Assembly: GCA_963818475.1 (NCBI GenBank)
Contig: CAWFSF010000001.1
Location: 160,001-224,000 of the forward strand
From: Nitrospirota bacterium
GTDB lineage: Bacteria; Nitrospirota; UBA9217
Length of the DNA stretch: 64,000 nt
Direction: 5' to 3'
In this document: positions 28,524 through 38,935 of the stretch, piece by piece
How the letters are laid out: the number at the start of each line of letters is the position of its first letter
How positions within the stretch are numbered: position 1 is the stretch's first letter
Program-made: the position numbers and the translations under genes
The notes under the pieces: generated by a model
What the model saw: only the letters and a program-made list of their open reading frames with translations
What the model was told of the DNA's origin: nothing
The model's database searches: none

Positions 28524-29225
28524 TTATGCGAGCTTCTCGATCATGGCCGGGTCCATATGGATACCGGGGCCCATGGTCGTTGAAACGCCAACGCTCTTGA
28601 GATACTTGCCCTTGCTCGATGACGGCTTCGCCTTGATGATGGATTCCAGCACTGCCTTGGCATTGTCCACCAGCTTGCTCTCGTCAAAGGAGGATTTGCC
28701 TACGGGAACATGCACGATCCCGGCCTTCTCCACACGATACTCAACCTTACCAGCCCGGATGTCCTTGATGGCCTTGGCAACATCAAAAGTGACCGTGCCG
28801 GTTTTGGGATTCGGCATCAGTCCCCGGGGGCCTAGTACTTTCCCGAGCTTGCCGACGAGGCCCATGATGTCCGGTGTAGCAACGACCGTATCGAAATCGG
28901 TCCAGCCTTCCTTCTGTATCTTGTCAGCGAGATCCTCTGCGCCAACGTAGTCAGCACCGGCATCCCGCGCTTCTTTCTCTTTTTCGCCCTTGGCAAAGAC
29001 AAGGACTTTGACCTTTTTCCCGGTTCCATGGGGGAGTACCACCGTTCCCCGGACCATCTGGTCTGCCTGTTTCGGGTCGACACCGAGCTTTACGGCAAGA
29101 TCAACGGTCTCATCGAATTTCGTCCGGGCCGTCTTTTTCGCCAGGCCGATGGCCTCTTCGAGACTGTAAAGCTTCGTTCGGTCGACGAGTGCTGCTGCTG
29201 CCTTATACTTTTTCCCTGATGCCAT
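28524..29225 (-). CDS. rplA: 50S ribosomal protein L1
   Basis: [36 protein letters not shown]. Confidence 0.98.
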   Translation of the reverse strand: MASGKKYKAAAALVDRTKLYSLEEAIGLAKKTARTKFDETVDLAVKLGVDPKQADQMVRGTVVLPHGTGKKVKVLVFAKGEKEKEARDAGADYVGAEDLADKIQKEGWTDFDTVVATPDIMGLVGKLGKVLGPRGLMPNPKTGTVTFDVAKAIKDIRAGKVEYRVEKAGIVHVPVGKSSFDESKLVDNAKAVLESIIKAKPSSSKGKYLKSVGVSTTMGPGIHMDPAMIEKLA

Positions 29226-29236
29226 GCTTCCTCCTC

Positions 29237-29267
29237 GCGGTCCCTGCGGCTGTTGTCAGCCTCCCGC
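29237..29267 (-). promoter_or_regulatory. Probable L1-binding mRNA operator
   Basis: GCGG-GAG-GCTG-ACAA-CAGC-CGCAGGGA-CCGC stem with asymmetric internal loop adjoining the rplA SD. Confidence 0.6.
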
Positions 29268-29275
29268 ATGTAAAA

Positions 29276-29340
29276 CAAATTCAAAATTCTAATTTCGAAT
29301 ACCTAAATTAGGATTTCGTGCTTCGAATTTCGGATCTGAA
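29276..29340. repeat. Degenerate heptamer-periodic inverted repeat
   Basis: AATTCAA/AATTCTA/ATTTCGA units facing GATTTCG/TGCTTCG/AATTTCG units between rplK and rplA. Confidence 0.55.
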
Positions 29341-29341
29341 G

Positions 29342-29767
29342 CTAATCTACGACTTCAAGCCCCATGCTCTTCGCCGAACCTTCGATCATGCGCATAGCCG
29401 ACTCCACGCTGGCCGCATTAAGATCCGGGAGTTTGGTCTGTGCAATCTCTTTGATCTGAGCGCGGGTCACCTTGCCGACCTTATCCTTGTTCGGCACACC
29501 GGAACCCTTAACGATCCCTGCGGCCTTTTTCAGGAGTTCCGCAGCAGGTGCGGTTTTGGTGATAAAGGTGAACGATCGGTCAGAGTAGACTGAAATGATG
29601 ACCGGAACGATCGTGTCGCCCAATTTCTGGGTCCTGGCGTTGAACGTTTTGCAGAACTCCATGATGTTCACGCCGTGCTGGCCGAGCGCAGGGCCGACCG
29701 GCGGAGCCGGATTTGCCTTGCCTGCAGGAACCTGAAGCTTGATTTTTGCGGTAATCTCTTTTGCCAT
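29342..29767 (-). CDS. rplK: 50S ribosomal protein L11
   Basis: [26 protein letters not shown]. Confidence 0.98.
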   Translation of the reverse strand: MAKEITAKIKLQVPAGKANPAPPVGPALGQHGVNIMEFCKTFNARTQKLGDTIVPVIISVYSDRSFTFITKTAPAAELLKKAAGIVKGSGVPNKDKVGKVTRAQIKEIAQTKLPDLNAASVESAMRMIEGSAKSMGLEVVD

Positions 29768-29816
29768 CTATAAACTCCTGAGCTTAATTTTGCACCGTGA
29801 ATTTTTTACTACGGAT

Positions 29817-30359
29817 TTATTTCTCTTTTTCCCGTTCAACCTGCAGGAACTCAAGTTCCACCGGTGTCGAACGGCCGAAGATACTTACCATGACCCGAAG
29901 TCTGCCGTGGGTGGGGCTCACATCCTCCACGGTTCCGATAAAGCTGCTGAACGGTCCGTCGATGACCCGGACACGATCACCCTTCTGATATGCGTGCTTC
30001 GGCTGAGTAGGTGCAACGGCCCCCTCTTCCGCCTGCTTGAGGATGTTCTTTACTTCTTCGTCGCTGAGCGGCGTGGGATTCGTGCTTCCACCGACGAAGC
30101 CTGTTACCTTCGGCGTATCCTTAATGACATGCCACGTGTTGTCATCCATCTCCATTTCAACCAGTATATAGCCGGGGAAAAACTTCCGCTGCGTTTTTCT
30201 TTTTTTCCCGGCCTTCAGCGACAGGACCTCTTCCGTGGGGACAAGGATCTGCGCTATCTTGTCTTGCAGCCCCAACTTGGAGACCGTCTCCGCAATGCTG
30301 GCCCTGACCTTGTTCTCAAAACCCGCATACGTATGGACCACATACCAGTTCATCGGCAT
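29817..30359 (-). CDS. nusG: Transcription elongation factor NusG
   Basis: [36 protein letters not shown]. Confidence 0.98.
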   Translation of the reverse strand: MPMNWYVVHTYAGFENKVRASIAETVSKLGLQDKIAQILVPTEEVLSLKAGKKRKTQRKFFPGYILVEMEMDDNTWHVIKDTPKVTGFVGGSTNPTPLSDEEVKNILKQAEEGAVAPTQPKHAYQKGDRVRVIDGPFSSFIGTVEDVSPTHGRLRVMVSIFGRSTPVELEFLQVEREKEK

Positions 30360-30366
30360 AATTATT

Positions 30367-30552
30367 CTACTTAAAGGTAAGGGTCATTATCCGTCCCAAC
30401 CCCATATCTACCACGCCCAGAAAAATGGCCGCAATGAGCACCGTAATGATCACTACCCAGGTAGACCCTATAACCTCCTTTTTTGTCGGAAAAACGACCT
30501 TCTTGAGTTCCAACTTCACATCATGGAAGAACTCCATCATCTTCTTGAACAT
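30367..30552 (-). CDS. secE: Preprotein translocase SecE
   Basis: ELKKVVFPTKKE plus single TM helix, upstream of nusG. Confidence 0.95.
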   Translation of the reverse strand: MFKKMMEFFHDVKLELKKVVFPTKKEVIGSTWVVIITVLIAAIFLGVVDMGLGRIMTLTFK

Positions 30553-30582
30553 TCGGTAGGCCTCTCTCTACACAAGGATTAA

Positions 30583-30658
30583 TGGCAGGCCAGGAGGGAC
30601 TCGAACCCCCAGCAGCCGGATTTGGAGTCCGGAGCTCTACCATTAGAGCTACTGGCCT
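30583..30658 (-). tRNA. tRNA-Trp(CCA)
   Basis: AGGCCAGTAGCTCTAATGGTAGAGC...CTCCAAA...GTTCGAGTCCCTCCTGGCCTGCCA, 76 nt. Confidence 0.96.
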
Positions 30659-30695
30659 GTGTCCTGGATTACATGCCTTCGCGGTGATGCCCGGT

Positions 30696-30848
30696 TTATG
30701 CCTTGGTTTCCTTGTGCACGGTATGTTTGCGGCAGAACCGGCAGTATTTTTCCAGATTAAGCTTGTCCGGGGTGTTTCTCTTGTTCTTGGTCGTTGAATA
30801 ATTTTTTCGCTTGCAGTCACCGCAAGCGAGGAGAACGATTTCCCGCAT
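30696..30848 (-). CDS. rpmG: 50S ribosomal protein L33 (zinc-binding type)
   Basis: Manual translation [50 protein letters not shown]. Confidence 0.96.
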   Translation of the reverse strand: MREIVLLACGDCKRKNYSTTKNKRNTPDKLNLEKYCRFCRKHTVHKETKA

Positions 30849-30913
30849 TGTGTTGGCCTCTCTTTTTCAAATTCTGGTGCGACGAACGGATGTGTTCTCG
30901 TTCCGCACCGCTA

Positions 30914-32113
30914 TTATGCGATAACTTCGGTAATAACTCCGGCACCCACGGTCCTGCCGCCTTCGCGGATGGCGAACCGGAGACCCTTATCCATGGCGAT
31001 CGGCCCGATGAGTTCCACACTGCAGGTCATGTTGTCGCCCGGCATCACCATCTCCACGCCTTCTGCAAGCGTCACCACTCCGGTCACGTCCGTGGTCCGG
31101 AAGTAGAACTGCGGACGGTAGCCCTTGAAGAACGGAGTGTGCCGGCCGCCTTCTTCTTTGGTGAGGATGTAGGCCTCGGCCTTGAACTTGGTGTGGGGGG
31201 TGATGCTCCCGGGCTTGGCAAGCACCATGCCGCGCTCAACATCTTCCTTCTTGATGCCGCGGAGAAGGACTCCGACGTTGTCGCCGGCTTCGCCCTGGTC
31301 CAGAAGCTTCCGGAACATCTCGACACCCGTTACCACCGTCTTCTGCGTGGGCTTGATTCCCACGATCTCGATGTCTTCACCCACCTTCACGATTCCGCGC
31401 TCGATCCTGCCTGTAACCACGGTGCCGCGACCGGCGATGGAGAACACGTCTTCCACCGGCATAAGATAGGGTTTGTCGATCTCCCGCTTGGGCTGGGGGA
31501 TGTAGCTGTCAACGGCATCCATAAGCTCAAGAATGCTCTTGTACTCCGGCGCGTTGACGTCCTTGCTCTCGCTCTGGAGCGCTTTCAGGGCGCTGCCTTT
31601 TACGATCGGGGTCTTGTCACCCGGGAACTGGTACTTGGACAGGAGCTCCCGGATCTCGAGTTCCACGAGCTCGATGAGCTCGGGGTCGTCGACCATGTCC
31701 ACCTTGTTCATGTACACGACGATGTAGGGAACGCCGACCTGACGGGCGAGCAGGATATGCTCACGGGTCTGGGGCATGGGGCCGTCTGCGGCGGAAACCA
31801 CGAGAATGGCGCCGTCCATCTGGGCCGCACCCGTGATCATGTTCTTTACATAGTCGGCATGGCCCGGGCAGTCCACATGGGCGTAGTGACGGTTTTCCGT
31901 CTGGTATTCCACGTGCGCCGTGGCGATCGTGATACCGCGCTCACGTTCTTCCGGGGCCTTGTCGATGTTGTCGTAGGAAACAAAGCTCGCGAAGTTCTTG
32001 AAGGACAGCACCTTCGTGATGGCCGCTGTCAAGGTCGTCTTGCCGTGGTCAACATGGCCGATGGTGCCCACGTTCACATGAGGTTTTGTCCTCTCAAATT
32101 TTGCCTTTGCCAT
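30914..32113 (-). CDS. tuf: Elongation factor Tu, tRNA-operon copy
   Basis: [34 protein letters not shown]; 399 aa. Confidence 0.99.
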   Translation of the reverse strand: MAKAKFERTKPHVNVGTIGHVDHGKTTLTAAITKVLSFKNFASFVSYDNIDKAPEERERGITIATAHVEYQTENRHYAHVDCPGHADYVKNMITGAAQMDGAILVVSAADGPMPQTREHILLARQVGVPYIVVYMNKVDMVDDPELIELVELEIRELLSKYQFPGDKTPIVKGSALKALQSESKDVNAPEYKSILELMDAVDSYIPQPKREIDKPYLMPVEDVFSIAGRGTVVTGRIERGIVKVGEDIEIVGIKPTQKTVVTGVEMFRKLLDQGEAGDNVGVLLRGIKKEDVERGMVLAKPGSITPHTKFKAEAYILTKEEGGRHTPFFKGYRPQFYFRTTDVTGVVTLAEGVEMVMPGDNMTCSVELIGPIAMDKGLRFAIREGGRTVGAGVITEVIA

Positions 32114-32288
32114 GCTATCTGCCTCCTGTTGAAAAGTGACTGCCTAATGCCCCGCCATTCCTGAGCAGCTTACGATAAAAAAACTGCATATAATGAATGA
32201 CTGACAACAATGTACATTTCACAGGACTCGCCCCCCCCCCGGGGATGGCCCTGTTCCGCAAGAACTTTCTTGCCGCGCCCTGCATTAC

Positions 32289-32364
32289 TGGAGCCCATGA
32301 GCGGGATTGAACCGCTGACCTCATCCTTACCAAGGATGTGCTCTACCAACTGAGCTACATGGGC
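32289..32364 (-). tRNA. tRNA-Thr(GGT)
   Basis: GCCCATGTAGCTCAGTTGGTAGAGC...TTGGTAA...GGGCTCCA. Confidence 0.96.
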
Positions 32365-32386
32365 ACTCTTCTACTGCGTAAAAACA

Positions 32387-32463
32387 TGGAGCGGGAAACG
32401 GGATTCGAACCCGCGACCCCAAGCTTGGAAGGCTTGCGCTCTAGCCAGCTGAGCTATTCCCGC
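32387..32463 (-). tRNA. tRNA-Gly(TCC)
   Basis: GCGGGAATAGCTCAG...CTTCCAA...TTCCCGCTCCA. Confidence 0.96.
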
Positions 32464-32468
32464 ATCTT

Positions 32469-32533
32469 ATTTCGGATTTCGGATTGTAGATTTAAGATTT
32501 TAAATCCGCATTCCGCAATCATCAATCCGCATT
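32469..32533. repeat. Heptamer-periodic inverted repeat between tRNA-Tyr and tRNA-Gly
   Basis: TTTCGGA/TTTCGGA/TTGTAGA arm facing ATCCGCA/TTCCGCA/ATCATCA/ATCCGCA arm. Confidence 0.75.
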
Positions 32534-32542
32534 TAACTAAAC

Positions 32543-32628
32543 TGGTGGGGAGGGGAGGTTTCGAACCTCCGTAGGCTGACGCCGACAGATTTACAGTCTG
32601 TTCCCTTTGGCCACTCGGGCACCTCCCC
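32543..32628 (-). tRNA. tRNA-Tyr(GTA)
   Basis: GGGGAGGTGCCCGAGTGGCCAAAGGG...CTGTAAA...long variable arm...CCCCACCA. Confidence 0.96.
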
Positions 32629-32690
32629 GGGACACTACAATGCAACGAACTGCTTATACAATCCTTTGCGCTTCTTGATGACATTTGTAC

Positions 32691-32766
32691 TGGAGCCACC
32701 GGAGGGATTCGAACCCACGACCTGCTGATTACAAATCAGCTGCTCTACCAACTGAGCTACGGTGGC
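32691..32766 (-). tRNA. tRNA-Thr(TGT)
   Basis: GCCACCGTAGCTCAGTTGGTAGAGC...TTTGTAA...GGTGGCTCCA. Confidence 0.95.
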
Positions 32767-32872
32767 GAAACCCTCTGGACACCAGCCGCCGCAAATACCT
32801 GAACCTGCAGGAATTTCGTTTTTCTCCGGCCGTACCCAGCCGGCTGAGGACGCATTCCGTCAAAGAACTGGA

Positions 32873-32902
32873 ATTATAAGGGATTGTTACATGACTTGTC
32901 AA
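32873..32902 (-). promoter_or_regulatory. Sigma70 promoter of the tRNA-tuf operon
   Basis: TTGACA-N18-TATAAT on minus strand. Confidence 0.8.
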
Positions 32903-32970
32903 GTGAAAAGATGAAGTGGCTCCACAACAAGAAACAAGGCGCATCCTCCTGCGAAACCTGTTGTCGAAGC

Positions 32971-33711
32971 TTATTTTTTCCGCTGCCGCAACACCTCATA
33001 GAGCATCACACCCGTGGCCACTGATACGTTCAAAGAGCTTATCTGACCCATGAGCGGCAGGGAAAGCGCATAGTCACAGTGCTCCCTGACCAGGCGGCGG
33101 ACACCTTTATCCTCTCCTCCCAGCACCAGCGCGATAGGACGCACAAAATCGGCATCCCAGTACTGCATATCACCATTTGCCTCTGCTGCAGCGATCCATA
33201 CCCCTGCCTTTTTGAGGTCCTCGATCGCGTTTACGATGTTCACGACCTTCACCACCGGCACATATTCGAGAGCGCCTGCAGCAGCTTTTGCCACAGTTTC
33301 CGTAAGGCCCACAGCCCGCCGCTCGGGGATAATAACACCGTGCACACCGGCGGCTTCGGCAGTCCTCAGGATTGCACCGAGATTCCGCGGGTCTTCCACT
33401 CCGTCCAGAATCAGGAAGAGCGGTGTTTGCCCGCGTTGGGATGGGATCTGCAAAATATCGTCAAGCGTAGCATACTCACGGGCGGCCGCACTGGCGACCA
33501 CTCCCTGGTGTACGGCATTCGGCGCTTCACGGTTCAACGCGTCACGTGACGCCATCCTGACCTCGACCCCCCCCTGCCTGGCGAGCCGGATGATCTCAAT
33601 GATGTCCCTGTCGGACTTGCGCTGCTCGGCGATCAACAAACGCTGAATGGGCCGGCCCGACCTGAGCGCCTCCATGACCGGATTGATGCCGATTATTTTT
33701 TCTTTTTGCAT
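32971..33711 (-). CDS. rlmB: 23S rRNA (Gm2251) 2'-O-methyltransferase, TrmH/SpoU family
   Basis: LDGVEDPRNLGAILRTA, LVLGGEDKG, SLNVSVA; follows cysS. Confidence 0.92.
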   Translation of the reverse strand: MQKEKIIGINPVMEALRSGRPIQRLLIAEQRKSDRDIIEIIRLARQGGVEVRMASRDALNREAPNAVHQGVVASAAAREYATLDDILQIPSQRGQTPLFLILDGVEDPRNLGAILRTAEAAGVHGVIIPERRAVGLTETVAKAAAGALEYVPVVKVVNIVNAIEDLKKAGVWIAAAEANGDMQYWDADFVRPIALVLGGEDKGVRRLVREHCDYALSLPLMGQISSLNVSVATGVMLYEVLRQRKK

Positions 33712-33795
33712 GTTTGTTCATTCCAGGAAACGACAACTACGCCGGCACCACGCGGTTCATCGATCAGGCGATCATGACGCGGCAGGATGCCGGGA

Positions 33796-35271
<1,476 letters not shown>

Positions 35272-35428
35272 AGACAGGATTTCCTCGATTAAAATATACT
35301 TTGGTATCTATCTCCAACCAATTATATACTATAATAATAGCAACCGCAAACATGGTCGTGAGACCGTCAATACTATAGTTTGCCCTGGTTTTTGTCAAGG
35401 GATTTAAAGAAGAAGCAGGAGCTCCGTT

Positions 35429-35936
35429 ATGACCACAGCGCAATGGCGATTCGTTGTCCAGGAGCATAAGGCCAAGCGCCTTCACTACGACTTTCGTCTT
35501 GAGATCGGAGGGGTGCTCAAGTCCTGGGCGGTGCCGAAAGGGCCATCGCTCGATCCTGCGGACAAGCGCCTTGCGGTCATGGTGCCCGACCACGCGCTTG
35601 ACTATGCAGAGTACGAGGGGATTATTCCCGAAGGCAGTTACGGAGCCGGACCAGTCGTGATATGGGACGCTGGTGAATTCGTGCCGATCGGGACAGTCAG
35701 CCCTGAAGACGCGCTGCTGGAAGGCAAACTGACCTTTGAGCTCTACGGGGGGATATTAAAAGGCGCCTTTACCCTCGCCCGGATGAAAGGCCTGGCCGAT
35801 GGCACTGGAAAAGAGTGGCTGCTGATGAAAAAGAAGGATGCTCATGCGAGAACGCGGCTATACGATAAAAACCGCGCTCACTCCGGCGAAGCTCAAATCG
35901 CTCAAAGAACGCGTCCCTCCCTGTGAAACAATATAA
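35429..35936 (+). CDS. Stand-alone LigD 3'-phosphoesterase domain protein (probable frameshift near 35850)
   Basis: FVVQEHKAKRLHYDFRLE, LKSWAVPKGPS, EGIIPEGSYGAGPVVIWD; the alternative frame GYTIKTALTP...PPCETI* looks like the real C-terminus. Confidence 0.85.
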
Positions 35937-36085
35937 AATGCACATAATACCCCGTCCAATCCCTGAAACTCATCTTTGCATGCAATTTCCTGCTCCCGGA
36001 CCAGCGGCACTATGGCATTAAAAGCGGTCATTCTTTTGTTAACGCCGGAAAAACACATGCCTGCCTCCAGTACTCGGGATCGCGA

Positions 36086-36364
36086 TTACGCCGTCAGCGA
36101 CTCGAGCTCCTGCAATTTTTTCAGGGCATCATACCGGCTGAAGCCGCAACACTCGTCTGTCGGGGAATAGGAACTGCATACCACCGGGCGTCCGGGTTTT
36201 TCAAAAAGCATACAGCGGTTATCAAGCGTAAGCTGGATGCAGCGAACTCCTGCGGGCTTTCCGTCCGGCATTCCGGGAATGGCCGAGGAAATCGAGGGTG
36301 CAATGCAGCAGGCGCCGCATCCGATGCGGCATAACCCGCTGTTCTTGTCAGCGTTCTGGTTCAT
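36086..36364 (-). CDS. YkgJ-family cysteine cluster protein (CxxCxxCC)
   Basis: CRIGCGACCIAPSISS.IPGMP.GKPAGVRC.QL, RPVVC. Confidence 0.88.
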   Translation of the reverse strand: MNQNADKNSGLCRIGCGACCIAPSISSAIPGMPDGKPAGVRCIQLTLDNRCMLFEKPGRPVVCSSYSPTDECCGFSRYDALKKLQELESLTA

Positions 36365-36654
36365 TCCGGCTCGATAGTTGAGATGAGGGAAAAAGACTGG
36401 AGCTGGTCCCGATGGTGTTCGGCCTGCTCCAGAGGCTCGACCGTACAGAGCGCCACACCGTGGTTATGGGTCTCAAGCATGATCTGCTCACAGCGTTCTT
36501 TTTTGAACTTGAAGACGTGCAAGAGGACACGCACCACATGCTCCATCGTGTTATGATCGTCATTATGCAGCAGGACCTTATAGAGCGGGACATGCATCGT
36601 CTGCCGGTCGGCGACCGGAGCCGTACCGGGTCGTGTCAAGGGAGATGCAGCCAT
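36361..36654 (-). CDS. clpS: ATP-dependent Clp protease adaptor ClpS
   Basis: Start re-placed at MAASP after GAGGAG; LYKVLLHNDDHNTMEHVV, IMLETHNHGVA. Confidence 0.88.
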   Translation of the reverse strand: MAASPLTRPGTAPVADRQTMHVPLYKVLLHNDDHNTMEHVVRVLLHVFKFKKERCEQIMLETHNHGVALCTVEPLEQAEHHRDQLQSFSLISTIEPE

Positions 36655-36719
36655 CAATATCAGTCTCCTCGGAGAGTTCGGCGCGGACCAGCACCAGGAT
36701 CGCCAATGAGGGCAACGGG

Positions 36720-37256
36720 CTACTCCTGCAGCCGCAGCAGTCGGCCGCAGGACGAACAGCAATAGCAGTTGGTCCCCTGCAAAATACCCAGGAAACGGTA
36801 TGCAGGTTTTTTGCACTCACACACGGACCGCAGCAGCGCGATCCGGTAGTTCCTCAGCATGACCTGCAGCGGGGTCACGGCAGCTGACAGCACCAGAAGC
36901 CCGAAAGCATTGTTCCCCCACCACCCCATCTGCATGCCCATAAAGAGCAGAAAGGCAAACGTCATGGGTACGATGACCAGACCGGCAATGAAATCCCTGA
37001 TGATACGGTGGTTCTGTGCGGATACCGGGACGCCGGGAAAAAGATCGGCGAGCTTGCGGACCGGCTCGTCGATCAGCCGCTGCCCGCAGGCAGTGCAGGC
37101 GAGCTTGGCAAAGATCATAGCGTCACCAGCGCCCTGCGTCATATGCTGCGACCAGCCATCATAGCGCGGCATCACCCTCGTGTTGCAATGACCGCAGACC
37201 AACGCAACATTCCACCCATAGGATTGACTGACCACGCTCCGATATTTGGCGAACAC
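36720..37256 (-). CDS. Hypothetical two-TM membrane protein with paired CxxC motifs
   Basis: CGHC, CTAC, two hydrophobic helices, CEC, CSSC; GAGGA SD before GTG. Confidence 0.6.
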   Translation of the reverse strand: MFAKYRSVVSQSYGWNVALVCGHCNTRVMPRYDGWSQHMTQGAGDAMIFAKLACTACGQRLIDEPVRKLADLFPGVPVSAQNHRIIRDFIAGLVIVPMTFAFLLFMGMQMGWWGNNAFGLLVLSAAVTPLQVMLRNYRIALLRSVCECKKPAYRFLGILQGTNCYCCSSCGRLLRLQE

Positions 37257-37313
37257 TCTTGTTTATTCCTCTCCGGCGGTCAGGGCCTATGCAGGCTCTG
37301 TCAGGCTTATGTA

Positions 37314-37342
37314 ATTCGTGTTTATTCGCGAAATTCGCGGTT
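37314..37342. repeat. Short nonamer tandem (ATTCGTGTT/TATTCGCGA/AATTCGCGG)
   Basis: Three 9-nt periodic units, intergenic. Confidence 0.5.
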
Positions 37343-37361
37343 CACTATCACCCTTTGTCGC

Positions 37362-37982
37362 TCACAAGGGCAATCGGATTTTATATCGTATCGCAAGCAT
37401 CCGCAACACAAATGTAACAGAGATGCAGATAATGGCGGCGAGGACATCGTTCCCCGTCGTCTGCATCACGGCCAGGTAGCACCAGGCCCCGGCGAACGCG
37501 CAGGTCGCATACAGCTCCGTCCGCTGGAATACCGCGGGGATCTCGTTGCAGATCATGTCCCGCAGCACGCCTCCGAAGACGCCGGTCGTGACGCCCAAAA
37601 GCGCTGCGATGAACGGGTGCAGCCCCGCCTGATGGGCGAGCGAGGCGCCCGTTGCACTGAACAGGCCGAGCCCGAGCGCGTCAAGCACGAGCACCAGGGA
37701 CATGGCTTTCCCGTGTTCCGTCACCTGTTTCGTGATAAGACCGCCGAGCAGCGAGAGCGCCAGAAATATAACGGGATACCAGTAATGCTCGACCCAGAAC
37801 AGCGGGTGCCGGTCCAGGATGAAGTCGCGGAGCGTACCGCCGCCGAAGGCCGTGATCATGGCCACGGCGTAAACACCGACGAGATCCATGCCCTTCTTGC
37901 GCGCTTCGATGATGCCCGTCAGCGCAAAGGCGAAGGTCCCGATAACCTCGACGGTCTTGATGAGCGTGTTCATAGGGGTCAT
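37362..37982 (-). CDS. TRIC/YadS (UPF0126) membrane protein
   Basis: GTFAFALTG, TAFGGGTLRD, LDALGL, TGVFGGVLRD. Confidence 0.9.
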   Translation of the reverse strand: MTPMNTLIKTVEVIGTFAFALTGIIEARKKGMDLVGVYAVAMITAFGGGTLRDFILDRHPLFWVEHYWYPVIFLALSLLGGLITKQVTEHGKAMSLVLVLDALGLGLFSATGASLAHQAGLHPFIAALLGVTTGVFGGVLRDMICNEIPAVFQRTELYATCAFAGAWCYLAVMQTTGNDVLAAIICISVTFVLRMLAIRYKIRLPL

Positions 37983-38575
37983 TTCGCGAATCCGCCCTCA
38001 AAAACGATCTCTTCAAGTTTCCTTCTGTTCGAGGGGAACTCCCGCTGCTCCAACACGAACGGAAGGTCATACTTGTTGCCCGGACGTCCCACGGCGATCA
38101 TCGCCTCGACCTGATGGTCCTCGGCGACGTTCAATTCACCCTGGGCCCGATCGTAATTAAATCCCTGCATGCCGTGCACGACGAGGCCCATGAAGGAACC
38201 CTGGAGCGCCAGGCATGCCCAGGCGGCGCCGGTGTCATAGGAATGGGTGCGGGCGGGCTTGCCGTTAAAGTCGAAGGTTGTTTTCGAGACCGTGACGATC
38301 AGCGCTGCCGCATTCCTGCACCAGGACTGATTGTTCGCGGACAGGAGGCTAAAGAACTTTTCCCAATGCCCCGTGTTCCGCAAGGCATACAGGAACCGCC
38401 AGGGCTGGTTGTTCATGGACGACGGTGCCCACCGCGCCGCTTCGAAAAGGCGCATGAGCTCCTCTTTGCTGATCTCCTCGCCTGACATGGCGCGCGGCGA
38501 CCAACGATTGATGAAGATCGGTGAGATCTCATGGCCCGGTTTGCGAAACTCGGAGATGTTCGGAACGTCTGCCAT
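37979..38575 (-). CDS. Nitroreductase family protein
   Basis: RWSPRAMSG, EAARWAPSSMNNQPWRF, YDTGAA; start at MADVP. Confidence 0.92.
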   Translation of the reverse strand: MADVPNISEFRKPGHEISPIFINRWSPRAMSGEEISKEELMRLFEAARWAPSSMNNQPWRFLYALRNTGHWEKFFSLLSANNQSWCRNAAALIVTVSKTTFDFNGKPARTHSYDTGAAWACLALQGSFMGLVVHGMQGFNYDRAQGELNVAEDHQVEAMIAVGRPGNKYDLPFVLEQREFPSNRRKLEEIVFEGGFAK

Positions 38576-38628
38576 AGGAGTATCCTTTAAACTAAGACGC
38601 AAATCTTCACACAAGGAGAAGAACATTT

Positions 38629-38722
38629 ACCGCAAAGGCGCGAAGAACGCGAAGGATGCCGGAACAAGGGGGATGTCTTAAGATCTACACGATTTCCTTC
38701 GCGACCCTTGCGTCTTCGCGGT
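38629..38722. repeat. Nonamer-periodic inverted repeat
   Basis: ACCGCAAAGGCGCGAAGAACGCGAAGGA ... TCCTTCGCGACCCTTGCGTCTTCGCGGT. Confidence 0.75.
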
Positions 38723-38780
38723 TCCAAGATCTCAGTTCTGCCATTTGAATGATCCTGTAACTGCCCAGGTCAACATAGTA

Positions 38781-38864
38781 TCCGCAGATTGCACAGATTT
38801 CACAGATTAAAGCAAACCTGAATTAGGTATTTTAAAATATGCGTCCATCTGCGAAATCTGCGGA
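38781..38864. repeat. Second nonamer-periodic inverted repeat
   Basis: TCCGCAGATTGCACAGATTTCACAGATT ... ATGCGTCCATCTGCGAAATCTGCGGA. Confidence 0.7.
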
Positions 38865-38935
38865 CAAAAGGGTTTTTCTCTGGTGCCACACCCTTATGGG
38901 TTCAGATGTGCTGAATAGTTGCATAATCCCTGTCT

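Noticed and set aside
32543-32628. Long-variable-arm tRNA as tRNA-Sec
   Set aside because: Anticodon is GTA (Tyr) in the canonical Thr-Tyr-Gly-Thr cluster; no selC was seen in this window.
32705-32720. T-stem mismatch in tRNA-Thr(TGT)
   Set aside because: A single T-T mismatch in an error-prone assembly is not interpretable.
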